From: Raja brachyura
Lineage: Eukaryota
Assembly (NCBI GenBank): GCA_963514005.1
Contig: OY740797.1
Coordinates: 19,654,001-19,718,000, forward strand
Length of the DNA stretch: 64,000 nucleotides
Direction of reading: 5' to 3'
In this document: piece by piece, positions 32,601 through 44,649 of the stretch
Numbering within the stretch: position 1 is the stretch's first letter
How the letters are laid out: the number at the start of each line of letters is the position of its first letter
Position numbers and translations under genes: made by a program
The notes under the pieces: model-generated
Databases searched by the model: none
What the model was told of the DNA's origin: nothing
What the model saw: only the letters and a program-made list of their open reading frames with translations

Positions 32601-35374
32601 CATGATCATATTGAAAGGGCGGTGCAGGCTCGAAGAGCCGAATGGACTACTCCTGCACCTATTTTCTATGTTTCTATGTTTCTAAGTCCACATGGGTTGT
32701 CGGTACGTTCACTTTTAAACTAATGGAGTTATCACTGATTTATAGTTCGTCTTACCATGGACAGTAAAATACATTCAAGGAGCACATAGGAATGTGATGT
32801 TCGATATAAGTGATATGCGGATAATGTCCCGTTGTTCTGAATGGAAGTGCCAGATTTAGCGCGCCGAAGAAGCTGGCAGCAATATTTAGTAACTACATCA
32901 GCAATGACTGTGTGTAACATGTTTGTTGCAAAGAATGATACAGGTCCGGTGTCGCCTGCACGCTGAATATTAAGCACATGTTAATGAATCCCATTTTCTT
33001 GTCGCATCCATATCAACTGTCCTCATTCTTCCCCGCCACAATCAATTATCAAGGGATAATTTACAGCTGGTTACCCTGCCAACCAGCGAAAAGTTGGCAA
33101 TGGGTACGTTAGCGTAGCAACGGAAAAAAACACGAATTTGCGAGGAGATTGTTAAACTGCACACATACCAACGAATCCAGCCCTGTATATATTCACATCT
33201 CGCCGATGCATATGGTCTAGGGTCAGGGTTTGGCTACATCTATCGATCTGAGGTTTGTCCCCATAATAGTTCAGAGACTGGGAGTGAGAGTTCAGATGAA
33301 GTAACTTTCACAAGGAAAACCTTTTTCCAGGCCGCGATATACGGTATGATTGCACACGGTATGATTGAGTTATACTGACAATTGGTTGATAATAACAAAT
33401 AAAGGTGATAGAACGTGCAAGTGACTTCCAATGTCACAACACATTTCATCTATATCTACTGCCTTTTCTAAATTTGCTCGATATATTGAACACATTCCAT
33501 CTAAGTAAGATTCTATTGAACCGAACTCCATATTTGTCATTTACGAACACTGATATTTCTCAGTTAAATCTACAGTCAGTGTTTAGCTGGAAGGACAGCC
33601 TCTTGCTAAGGTGTATTGGGAGTCTCGTACAAGCAATCTGTTGGACATCTGTTTAAATCTTCTTACATTCCGTTTTTATACTAACAAGTTATTGAATAGG
33701 GATCATTATTGCCTTCGGAAGAGAGTTTTGTGTTTATTCTCAACCTCAGCGAGTGCACTACCAGCTAACACTCAGAGTTTATCCATGACACAAAAACAGA
33801 TTATTTTATGTGGAATAAATATTCGTTGCGAAGTTCAGTGACAGCGCCGTTTTACTCGCAGACATTTCAACCGAGGGTCGATCAAATAGAACAAGTTGTC
33901 CAACAACATTAGGCTGTGCACGCCACACGAAAGAAGAGGAAGAATCGAGGGTCGTGTAAATGGAAACCACGATTTGCAAGGACAGGAGCACCGCTGTTCC
34001 CTCAAACGACCTGTACATTCTGTTCGTGCTTTACAGATATTTGGCGGTTAAATAAAAATGCTCGAATACACAAAAACGTAACTCAGCGCGACAGACAGCA
34101 TCTCCAGAAAGAAGAATTGGGTGACGTTTAGGGTTGAGACACTTCTTCAGTCTGAATCGTCACTCTTTCCTTCTCTCCAGAGATGCTGCCCGTCCCGCCG
34201 AGTAACTCCAGCATTTTTTGTCTATCTTTATTCCATCCAAATCATGAGAGTTCCCTTTATTTACCCTTTTCCTTAAGGATAACACTAATAGATTTCGGGA
34301 AATAACAATAACAAGTATTGTTTAGACAATTTGTAGCGGTTGCGTCAAAAAGGATAAGATTGTGTGTGGACTGTGGGTGGACACTGTTCTGGCGAGGTTG
34401 TAACCGTGAGGAAAAAGCCGCCATACTTCCCACAGTCCAGATTAAATATCCAAGTGGCTTGAACATCTTCCCTGAAAAACAATGTAGTCACTGAACCATG
34501 GGAATGACGAAGAGTGAATCTGAATCGTGGGCGATAGCAGCCCGACTCTACAGGAGGACAAAGGAAAAGGCTTTCTGGGAGCACGAAACGAGAACAACCC
34601 TCCCTCGCCACACACATGCTGCCCGATCAGCTAATTATTTCCAGGCATTTCAGTTTTCAAGTCGGCGGAGTGGTTTGATTTCATAACAAAAAATCCATTA
34701 TTAGTAATCACCCAGTTTTAACCCAGTGATAAAATGTAATGTTATTCGCATTGGAGAGCTTAATTTATACTACAGAGAGCTTAAGTTCTCTCCGTCATGG
34801 GATGCTTACCCATTACAGTGAGCCTGGAGCCAGGTCCATCTCCGATAGATTGCTCCTGATGTTTCACTTTACAATAATAAACCCCGGAGTCCGCGACTTT
34901 CGCATTCAGCAGAACAAAATCCGCACTGCCCTTTTTGGTATCAATTATTTTTCTGCTGTCTGGTTCTATAAATGTCTTCTCTCCCCATCTCCACCAATAA
35001 ACATCAGGAGCAACTTGTTGTATTGAGAATGTGCAGAACATGGACGCATTGCTTCCTCTGTGGACGGTCAGGTCTTTCGGGAATTGGTCCACTTTGGTCG
35101 AAGTTACTTCGTTGGCTGCCAGAAATTAAGGAAAAATACTGAAAACAGTTCCACAGACTGGACAAGGAAAATGAATCAAGAGTTGAAAATTACAAAACTA
35201 AAATAGAATTAGCGACAAGCGAGCTGGAGAAGCACTGTAACTAAATTCGCAGTGGGTAACTAAATGGAGTATTCTAAAAGAATTAAATAAGATGGACCAG
35301 CACATATATCTAAAAGTACCTTGCCAAACTGTCACCAGAAGGGTCATGTACCGAAATGATGCTTTCACTGTCAT
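29638..35374 (-). CDS. Ig-superfamily receptor A: leader - germline VJ - C1-set - TM - short tail (NKp30/SIRP-like, antigen-receptor-like, non-rearranging)
   Basis: Phase-1 GT-AG exons: L 35374-35320, VJ 35115-34810, C1 32147-31857, TM 29855-29757, tail 29702-29638 (3' end uncertain); frame open throughout. Confidence 0.85.
29757..29855 (-). CDS. Receptor A transmembrane exon (uncharged)
   Basis: DYNLALVLGCVVGGLAILVPIIMLTVRRLNVTN; tctcctgcag acceptor, gtaaga donor. Confidence 0.85.
31857..32147 (-). CDS. Receptor A C1-set domain exon
   Basis: LVCQTAAFFPKEVEISWQRNG...GLYVASSFLEV...YTCLVSHVSL; 291 nt, phase 1-1. Confidence 0.93.
32240..32685 (+). mobile_element. Young CR1 LINE 3' end in the receptor A V-C1 intron
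   Basis: YSLEFRRLRGDLIETY...TRGH...FFTQRVVSLWNSLP; (ttctatgt)n tail. Confidence 0.92.
34810..35115 (-). CDS. Receptor A single-exon V-set (VJ) domain
   Basis: VDQFP...ASMFCTF...VYWWR...ADFVLLNAKVADSGVYYCKV...GDGPGSRLTV; tttctggcag acceptor, gtaagc donor. Confidence 0.93.
35320..35374 (-). CDS. Receptor A leader exon
   Basis: MTVKASFRYMTLLVTVWQ + phase-1 donor caag|gtact, 205 nt upstream of the V exon. Confidence 0.65.
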
Positions 35375-36329
35375 GTTTCAAGAAAGTTGTTGGCCGCTTG
35401 TTGCAAATGAGGGACGTTTCCTAAAAGATTCTTGCAAGAAAGAGTTGCTGGTGAATAAATATTTTCCGCTTGTGACCATGACATAGGATGTCACATGACG
35501 GTGAAGTGGGTTTCAAATTTGGTTCAGTGTTGGTGGAGTGCTAGTATGCGCGAGGGTCCGCCCCCACTGCCAAGTGAACAGTTTCTATCGGGGGACAATT
35601 CTCTCTCAGAATTCCCTGGGTCCATGTTCAAATTATTTACTGATCATTCAGAAGAGAATCGCAGATCTTCCTCCATCGACGCAAGGGATTTACAATCTAA
35701 TATGAAAAAAAAAGTTACTGGGGGAAGGAAGGAGAATGCGGTTGAGTGGGAAAGGTTAATCAGTCATGATTGAATGGCGGAGAAGACTCGATGGGCCGAA
35801 TGGTTTATTTCGTCACCGCTCTTGGGGTTTGATGTCTTTCTAATCTCTCTTATGTTCCATATCCCAGGGCTTGAAGCCCACTGGAAAAACAAAGAGGAGT
35901 AACTAACCCAGATATTTCTTTCTTTATCTCTTTCGCTTCAACACAGGCGTCGCACCTGATTTTAATTGGAATATAAAGCAAGCAAGGATTAACTCAAATG
36001 GACGATTAGAAGGACCAAAATGTGCCACGAGGCGCTTGAAGAAGGGTCCCGAAACGTCACCCGTTCCTTCTCTCCAGAGATGCTGCCTGTCCCGCTGAGT
36101 GACTCCAGTGTAAAAGGTGCCACAAAATGGTATTGGCGAGTCGGACAACATGCAATCCCTTTTTTTAAAAACACCTACATTAAAACAAGACGGTAACGAA
36201 GAGAGGGGAGGGTGTGTGGTGGGGGGGTGGGGGCACACAATATAAAATAGCAAATTTGTGTTTAGAGTCGGGTTGAGGCAAAATACAAAACAAGTACATT
36301 GCATCTGTATTGACCGAGGAGAAGGGCAC

Positions 36330-38170
36330 GGAAGACGGCGGGTTCAGTGTTGAGAATATTAATATTCAATTACAGATTTTGGATTAAGGTACTGGGGTTT
36401 TTTAAGAACAAATAACGTGGATAAACTCACAGGGCCTAATGCGATAAATTCCAAGTGATTGAGAGAGGCAAGAGCGGAAATTGCAAGAGCCTTGACAAAG
36501 ATTTTAGCATTTTTTCTAGCTACATACAACGTTCTGGAGGACTGCAGAGTAGCTAATGTTGTTCCATGGTTTAAAAAGGGAAGTAGAGGGAATCTAACTA
36601 ATATAGGCCTGGTGCACCTCACGTCACTAGTAGGGGGGCTATTGGATAGGATTCATTTTGATAGGATTTAATCCCATTTGGAAGAGAATGGTTTCATTTA
36701 GACCAGTCAGCATGGCTTTATATGTGACAGGTCATTTTTTACTAACAATCCAGATTTTTTGAAGAGGGAGCAAAGGTGATCCATGACAGCAGGATAGTGG
36801 GTGGCATCTACATAGATTTTAGGGATGCATTTGATGTAGACTGATCCAAAAGATCAGGATCTTGTGTATTAACAGAGGATTAACAATGATTTGATTGTAT
36901 GGATTCATAAATGGCTTACTAATAGAAGGCAGTGGGTAGTGGTGGAAGAATGATATTCAGGCTGGAGGTCTGGATGATCTATTTTACATTTTTGGTGTAC
37001 TCCGTCCCCTTTGATATCTTGTTTTCACACCTTACCCTTCCATATCTTTGTGTCTCCCTCTCCACTGACTCTCAGTCTGAAGAAGGGTCTCAACCTGAAA
37101 TGTCACCCATTCCTTCTATCTAGAGTTGCTGCCTGTCCTGCTGAGTTACTCCAACATTTTGTGTTTTTCTTCGGTGCAAATCAGCATCTGTAGTTCCTTC
37201 CTACACTTAATATTTTCTCTAGCTGAAGGGCAACACTCCAGAGGACTGGAGAACAGCCAATATTGTTCCTTTGTTTAAGAAGTAAACTAGAGACGATCAA
37301 GGAAATTATAGGACTGCGGCTCATACTAGTGCTAGAACAGCTATTGGAATGGATTATTCAGGAGAGGCTTTATTTGTATTATAAAGAAAATTGGCTAATT
37401 AAAGACAGTCAGTGTGGCTTTGTACATGGAAGGCCATGTATTATGTCCCTGATTGGTGTTTATGAGCAGGAGATGAAGGTGATTGATCTGGGTGGGGCAG
37501 TGGATGCTGTCTACATTTATTTTTAGCAAGACATTTGAAAAAATCCCTCATGCTATGTAATCCAGAAGATGAAAGTGTTTGGAATCCAAGGTGATGTGGT
37601 TGTTTGAATTCAGAACTGACTTACTTAGCGAAGACTGAGTGCTGAAGTGAATTATTTTGGCTGGATGTCTGTGAACAATAACGTTTCTCAGGGATCTGCA
37701 CTAGGACCTCTGTCATTTGCAATATATAAAAATTATTTGCAAATAAATGGGTTGGTTAGTGGTTTTCAAATAATACCAAAATTGGGAAACTTGTGGAAAA
37801 GAGGTTGGCAGTCAAATTATATAAAAGGGATTATAATCAGTTGCAGAAATGGACGGAGAAATGGCAGAATGAGTGTGCAAGTGTGGTGCACTTTGGGAGG
37901 TCAAATGTAAGGCAAAAGTATACACTCAATGGAAAGTGACTCAGCAGCATCGATATACAGAGGGCTCTCGGGCTCCTAGTCCATAGCTCCCTGATAAAGG
38001 TAATACAAGTAGATAAAGTAATAAATAAAGCATCTGATATGATTGCTTGCATCAATCAGAGCATTGAATAGAAAAGTTAGGAAATTGCGTTTAATTGAAC
38101 TTGGCATCATGTTCGACATGGACATTATGGGATCAGGGTCTGTTCCTGTGCTGTACTTTTATATGTTCTA
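36330..38170 (+). mobile_element. Degenerate CR1 LINE fragments, interrupted by a Penelope terminal repeat
   Basis: REARAEIARALTKI..VLEDCRVANVVP, SQCGFVHGRPC, VSQGSALGPL. Confidence 0.8.
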
Positions 38171-39123
38171 ATGTGTTGCTATTAAATTAAATGTATTCAT
38201 TTGCAATAAATTAGTAAAATCAAGATTTGCCGAAAAGTCTTCTCTATCAGATTAGTTGACCCAAATTAGGAAGAAATAATCCTTCAATGGTGCCACTCAC
38301 ACTGCCACCCAACGTGGCCTCCTCAATGATTTGGTAACTGCAGGACAGGGATAGATTGGTAGTCATTTCCAGATTTCAGATTTGCAAATCAATTAATATA
38401 ACAAGCTGCCAAGGGAATTGGCATAAACGGGTATCATTATGACATTTAAATAAAACCCGGACAGTTCATAAGGTCATAAGTGATGGGAGTAGAATTAGGC
38501 CACTCAATCCTGGCTGATCTATCTCTCCCTCCTAACCTCATTCTCCTGCATTCTCCCCATAACTGTCACCTGTACTAATCAAAAATCTATCTATCTCTGC
38601 CATAAAAATATCCACTGGCTTGGCCTCGACAACCTTTTGTGGCAAAGAAATCCACAAATTCACCAGCCTCTGACTAAAAAAAATATCCTCACCTCCTTCC
38701 TAAAAGAATGTCCTTTAATTCTGAGTCTGTGACCCCTAGTCCTAGACTCTCCCACTAGCAGAAACGTCCTCTCCACATCCACTCTATCCAAGACTTTCAC
38801 TATTCTTTACATTCCATTAACTGTAGTCATCAATCTGCCATTCTTTGCAAACTTTTTCCCATTTACTTTGTGATTCTTAATATCATCAACACCAGAATGA
38901 AATATTTGGTTGTATTTACTTCATGTGAGGAGATGGATAACAAAACATGGATGATTTGCCAGTCCCACTTTCCGGCACCTGTTTCATGTCCCAAAAAAAT
39001 ATTTCCTCTCACTGCACCCGCCTAGCCTTTAACTGTCTCAATTATGTCTGCCTCAGCAGCTTCCTCCCATAGCTCTTACATGTATGCACACTTTGTGTGG
39101 CCCTCAAGTTCCATTAAGTATTT

Positions 39124-39480
39124 TAGACAATAGACAATAAATAGACAATAGGTGCAGGAGTAGGCCATTCGGCCCTTCGAGCCAGCACCGCCATTCAATG
39201 TGATCATGGCTGATCATCAGTACCCCGTTCCTGCCTTCTCCCCATATCCCCTGATTCCGCTATTTTTAAGAGCCCTATCTAGCTCTCTCTTGAAAGCATC
39301 CAGTGAACCTGCCTTCACCGCCCTCTGAGGCAGATAATTCCACAGACTCACCACTCATCTTCTAAATGGCTTACTCCTTATTCTTAAACTGTGGCCCCTG
39401 GTTCTGGACTCCCCCAACATCGGGAACATGTTTCCTGCCTCTAGCGTGTCCAAACCCATAACAATCTTATATGTTTCAAT
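39124..39480 (-). mobile_element. CR1 3' end with (tagacaa)n tail
   Basis: tagacaatagacaata tail plus ggtgcaggagtaggccattcggcccttcga. Confidence 0.8.
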
Positions 39481-39490
39481 GTTTCATTTT

Positions 39491-40835
39491 CCATCTCTAT
39501 AATACTAAAACTCTTCCTATTGTTTGTGTTTGTGCTGACAAGTTGCCCACGATGTTTCAATCTGCTTGTCCTATCTTCTTCCAACCGCTAGGCCACAGCC
39601 TTCCCATTTTCACATATCCTACTCACATTTTTCCCATCGAGGTGATAAACATCTTCCTGTCGCAGTCCCGCCTATATTTCCGAAGTTATTAATCCTTTAA
39701 ATTTAAAAAGCAGCCCCAAAAACTCATCCATTTTAGAAAAAAGAACCCAAATGACGTCCCAATGCACGCACAAGGCAGGGCGTGACGCTCCAGGAGGGAG
39801 GGACACTCCAGCGCTCGTGGTGAACGAGGAGGTACGGTGGCTGCAGGCGCCTGATGTCCAAACCTGGTGGGAGGGTGGTGCTGGAGTGAGAGCCGAGGCC
39901 GGGGCTTGGGATGGGGCCGTAACAGGGGCCCAAGAAAGAAGCTGCTGCTGGAACTAAGGACGCGCCTGGGTCTAGCGTTAGGGACGAACCCAGAGATGAA
40001 GTCCGGGCCTGGACTGGAGCCCAGGCAGCAGCCGCAGTGATGACTGGAGTCTGGAGATGAAGTTGGGGCCTTTACTGGAAGCCAGGCAGCAGTTCAGCTG
40101 ATGACTGGAGTCTACAGCCAGGGCCGGGCCCAGTTCCAGGCCCCGGGGCTGCTCTACGACCTGGATAGGTGCTGGGGCAGGGAATGGGGGTGAGGGGAGG
40201 AGAATGAGGGGGAGGGAGATGTGGTGGGGAATGCGGTGGTAGAGGGAGATGGGGGGGGGGGGGTGCAGTATGGAGATGGGGAAGGGTGGAGGAGGGAGAT
40301 GCCCCTTCCCTATCTACCCCCTCCCTCTCCCTCCCTTTCCCTCTCCCTCTCAACCATCCCTCCGCCTCACTCTGCCCCCTCCCTCCCTCTCTGCCCCCTC
40401 CCTCCCTCTCTGCCCCCTCCCTCCCTCTCTGCCCCTCTCCCTCTATCCCCTCCACCTCCCTCTACCCTCCCTCTCTACTCCCCCTCCCTCTCTACCCCTT
40501 CCCCCTCCCTCTCTACCACCTTTCCCTCTCTAGCCCCCTCCCCCTCCCTCTCTACCCTATCCCTTTTTGCCCCCCCTCCCTCTCTACCACCCCTCCCTCT
40601 CTACCACCCCTCCCTTCTCTAGAGATTGAAGAGGTAGGGTGAAGAGGAGGAGGAGGGAGTGCTGGGGGATGAGGAGAAACGGGCCACGCCTGCGCAGTTG
40701 GGGACTATGCGTGAGTGGTGCATTGGGGGAACGGCTTACGTTGGCGTAACGGGTGAGTGGTGTAATCTTGCGTTGGGGGAACAGGTGAGTGGTGGAATCT
40801 TGCGTTGGGGGAGTAGACCTGTGCTTGGTCTGGTC
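39491..40835 (-). mobile_element. Putative non-autonomous Helentron/Helitron-like element with internal minisatellites
   Basis: Minus strand starts accagaccaag and ends ttttagtattatagagat; GC-rich body, ttgcgttggggg repeats, C/T-rich tract; interrupts an older CR1 tail. Family assignment is from recall only. Confidence 0.4.
40300..40620. repeat. CT-rich low-complexity tract (ccctctctacc-like units)
   Basis: Polypyrimidine tandem repeats that generate spurious Pro/Ser/Leu ORFs. Confidence 0.9.
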
Positions 40836-41289
40836 TTACATTAAAACGGTGCCCTCTAGTATTTCTGACTCCCCCGCACTGATGAAAAATTTGTGGCTGT
40901 TCACTTTATCTATGCTCGTTGTGATTTCATATATAGAACCTGTAAAAGACCAGATAGGTCTCTGACGCTCTCGGGAAAATGATCAAGCCAATCCTCATTG
41001 CTCAAAGCCTCCAGATTCAATAAATACATTATAGCTCTAATCAACCGAATATTGAAACTTATAGAGAATTGCACATTAATAAATTGTGCCAATTTAGAAA
41101 AGTAAAACCAGATTCATACATGTCATTGTTAAGGGAAAATCAGGCTGATTTCTCAAAACGTAGCCTCACACTGTCACGGCTGACATCATTAATCACTATG
41201 AATTAACCCCCCCCCCCCTTCCATTTTGTATCCCTCTCTATTTTATATTTTCTCGCTCAATCATTCCCATATTTTATATCTCATATCAC

Positions 41290-41580
41290 ATGGCAGACAG
41301 ACGAGGAGTTTCAAAGACTTTCACGGAACATCTCTGAAGAGATTCAAAATTGCAACTCCGCAGGGACCAACACGCACTTGATCTGCCTGTTTTGCAGACC
41401 TCTCTAAAGAGTGGTGCTTGTTCCTATGGATAGCTAGAATGGAGGGAACAAAGATGAAAAAAGAATTTGGAAAATCAATAACCACCGATGCTACAATTTC
41501 CCTACATCTCTGTCACATGTGCGGAATTAACCTTCGTGCCAAGTTTGGTCTAATCATCCACGTTTGTGCAGGTGACAACA
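41290..41580 (+). mobile_element. Old RTE-like LINE 3' remnant
   Basis: Terminal zinc-finger-like CHMCGINLRAKFGLIIH. Confidence 0.45.
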
Positions 41581-42009
41581 TGACAAACTAGATGTCATGG
41601 TTTCCCTGGAGAACGAGTGACCAACAACAGCAATCCCAATTAAGTATATTCTTTTCAAGAACAACAATCCCTTCCTGATGCAGAGTTTCAGGCGGAATCG
41701 TCGACCATCTGTTTACACCCACAGATCCTGCTCGACCCACTGAGCTCCTCCAGCAGATATTTGCTTCAGATGTCAGCACCCCTGAACAAGTTCTTCCTGC
41801 CTCCTTCACCCATACGTGCTTCTTCTCCTCCCTCCCTTCCCAGTTAGCTTTTCTCTCTCGATCTCCAGCGGTTCTCCCAAGAAAAATGGGCGAGTGCGAA
41901 GAGACGCTTGTGGTCCCTATTCCTACTATCGTCTCAATCACCAATGCAGATCAGCATCCATATATAATGAACTATTTCCAACGTTGGGATCTCACTGCAT
42001 TAACGAATG

Positions 42010-43410
42010 TGCAGTTCTCGGGAAGATCTGTCAGCTCTTGGGATAGTACCTGCCTCAAATACTGCCCCCAGCAGCTTGTTCCATGCATGCACCTCCCTTT
42101 GTGTGAAAAAGTTACCCGTCGGGTTTCTATTAAATCTTCCCCCCCCCCCCCCCCTCACCTTAAACTTATACAATTTGGTTCTTGATTCCCCTACTCTGGG
42201 CAACAGGCTCTGTTTGTCTATCCAATCTATTCCTCCCATGATTTTGTACACTTCTATATGATCGCCTCTCATCCTATTGTGCAACAAGGAGTCCAAGGCT
42301 GCTCAACCTCCCCCTATAGCTCAGGCACTCGTGTCCAGGCAACATCCTCGTAAATCTTCTCTGCACCCTTTCCAGCTTGACAACATCTTTTCTAAAACAC
42401 AGTGCCCAGAACTGAACACAATACTCTAAATACGGCCTTACCAATGACTTATATCACTGCAACATGACCTCAAAAGTCTATATTCAATACTCTGTCTGAT
42501 TAAGGCACATGTGCCAAAAGCCTTTATGACCACTCTACCTACCTATGGTGCCACTTTCAAAGACCTATGTACCTGCACTCCCCAGAGCACTATCCTGCAC
42601 TATGTTGGTCTACCCATGTTAGTCTTCCCAAAATGTACCCACCCGCATTTCTATTAAATTCCATCAACCATTCTTCAGCCCACTTGACCAACTGATCAAG
42701 ATCATGCTGTAATCTTTTGAAAACGATCTTCACTACCTATGCAAATCCACGTCAACTATCGCTAACCATCCCACGTCCATCTCGAGGCATTTCTTTCCTA
42801 TCCCTCAGAATAATCTCCAGCAATTTACCAACCACGGATGATAAGCTCACTGACCTGTAGTTCCCAGCCTTTTCCCTGCCACCCTTCTTGAATAAGGCAC
42901 AACATTTGCCACCCTCCAGTCTTTGGACACCTCGCTTGTATTTAATGACGACATGTAAATCTCTCCCAGGGTCCTGCAATTTCCTCTCTAGCTTCCCAGA
43001 GTTCTCGGATATATCTGATCAGGCCTGGGAGATTTGTCTATCTTCATACGCTTCACGATATCCAGCACCTCTTCGACTGTAATACTGACTGCTGTCAAAA
43101 TATTTCCAGTGACGGTCCCAAGTTCCTCAGTTCTCCTGTCGCTTTCTCCATGGCTGAAAAAATAGGAGAAGTACTCATTGAGGACCTTGCCCATCTCATG
43201 TGGCTCTACCAGAGTTGATCTTTTGATTCCTTATGGATCCCACACTCTCTGGTTCCCGTTTTGTCCCTTGATATACTTATAAAATCTATTGGGATTATAC
43301 TTAATGCTATCTGTCAGGGTTATTTACTGTCCCCTTTTTGCCCTTCTGATTTCCTGTTTTAGCTTACTCCTTAGATGTTGAAACTCTTCGAGGGATACAC
43401 TTGATCACGT
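42010..43410 (-). mobile_element. Degenerate CR1 LINE
   Basis: RMRGDHIEVYKIM, FFTQREVHAWNKL, FKKGGREKAGNYRSVSLSSVVGKLLE, DKSPRPDQIYPRTL. Confidence 0.85.
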
Positions 43411-44649
43411 CAAACCTGACTCTTGATTCTGTCAACAATATTATCATCTTGTCTTATCTAGGGGAAGATGTAGATTTGGCTTTTTATTCCATTTCGTTTC
43501 ATGACCCTATCTGGATGCGAAGCTTTGTAAACTTGTTAATTCAACCCTCTACCGTTTACAGTAATTACAACATGTTTGATGACAATAAAGCACTCTGGGA
43601 CCAAAAGCAGATTTAAAACAGGTGCTCCCTCGTGTTTCTCTAGTTGTTTTCTTTGTTAAGCAGCTCATCTCTTCTTCCAAGCATATTAACCGACAAATTA
43701 TTTCTGATTTTTTTTTCAGCTAAAATTACTTTAGTGTTTCAAAATGCCCCTGTCTTGCCGTAACCGATAACACAGGGGAATGTCAGGATATTTATCCAAT
43801 TAACAATTTTATAATGATTGCCAATGTAACAATAAGTGGTTTGTCCTTCTGTGTTGCAATAGAAAGATTGGCACATTTAAAACTTGTTTTGAATTGATAT
43901 CAAGATAATTGTTTCGTAATTCCTTTTTCCAGAATGTACACAGCGCGCAATTACCAAACATAAAATTCGCAGAGCAAATATTTAGGTAATACAAACAGGG
44001 TCTCAAATAAATTACTTAAATTAGACTTTTTCCACTTCAGCGTCAAATTGGATACCGCGAGCAGTTTGCAACTTCAGATCATTGTACTCTTTGACCACAG
44101 CGAGTTTCCATGATGTCACCAGCAGATTCAAGGTGCATTACTCTTATGGGTTAATTACTTTTAGTTCGAGCTATGAATGTATTTATGGTGGTTCATTGGC
44201 TGTATCATCTTAAAAAGATGCAAATCTTAGAGAAGTTGCAAATGTGCATACTCTGGCTACAGCGAATTACAGACAGAAAGCTAAAGTTTGAAGAAAGGTC
44301 TCGACTGGAGACGTCACCTACGCATCTACGATACTGCCTGATCCGCTGAGTTACTTCAGCACCATGTGTCTTTTTAAAAATTTCCTTCCAGAGGACGTAC
44401 TCTTTCCAATCGCAATGGTACAACAAGCAAAACAAAGACACTTACAAAGGACAGGAATAAATTGAAAAGGAGGCAGACAAGCACGCATGCACAGATTTAG
44501 ATACACACATGTATTTAAACACATACATTTTACTGCGATGTTTTCTCAGAAACACACAACCACCAACTTTCATTGACACATCTTCAAACCATTTAAATAA
44601 AGTATGCAGAACGTACTTTACGGTAAGATAATGGTCTTGCAAAGTGAGT

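Noticed and set aside
34700-35200. Rearranging Ig/TCR locus
   Set aside because: V and J-like strand are in one exon followed directly by a splice donor; no flanking RSS and no separate J or D segments seen
40072-40642. Several 94-133 aa Pro/Ser/Leu- or Gly/Arg/Glu-rich ORFs
   Set aside because: Translations of a CT-rich low-complexity tract inside a repeat
44445-44490. Possible leader exon MRACLPPFQFIPVL|gtaagt on the minus strand
   Set aside because: Weakly hydrophobic and no Ig exon found shortly downstream
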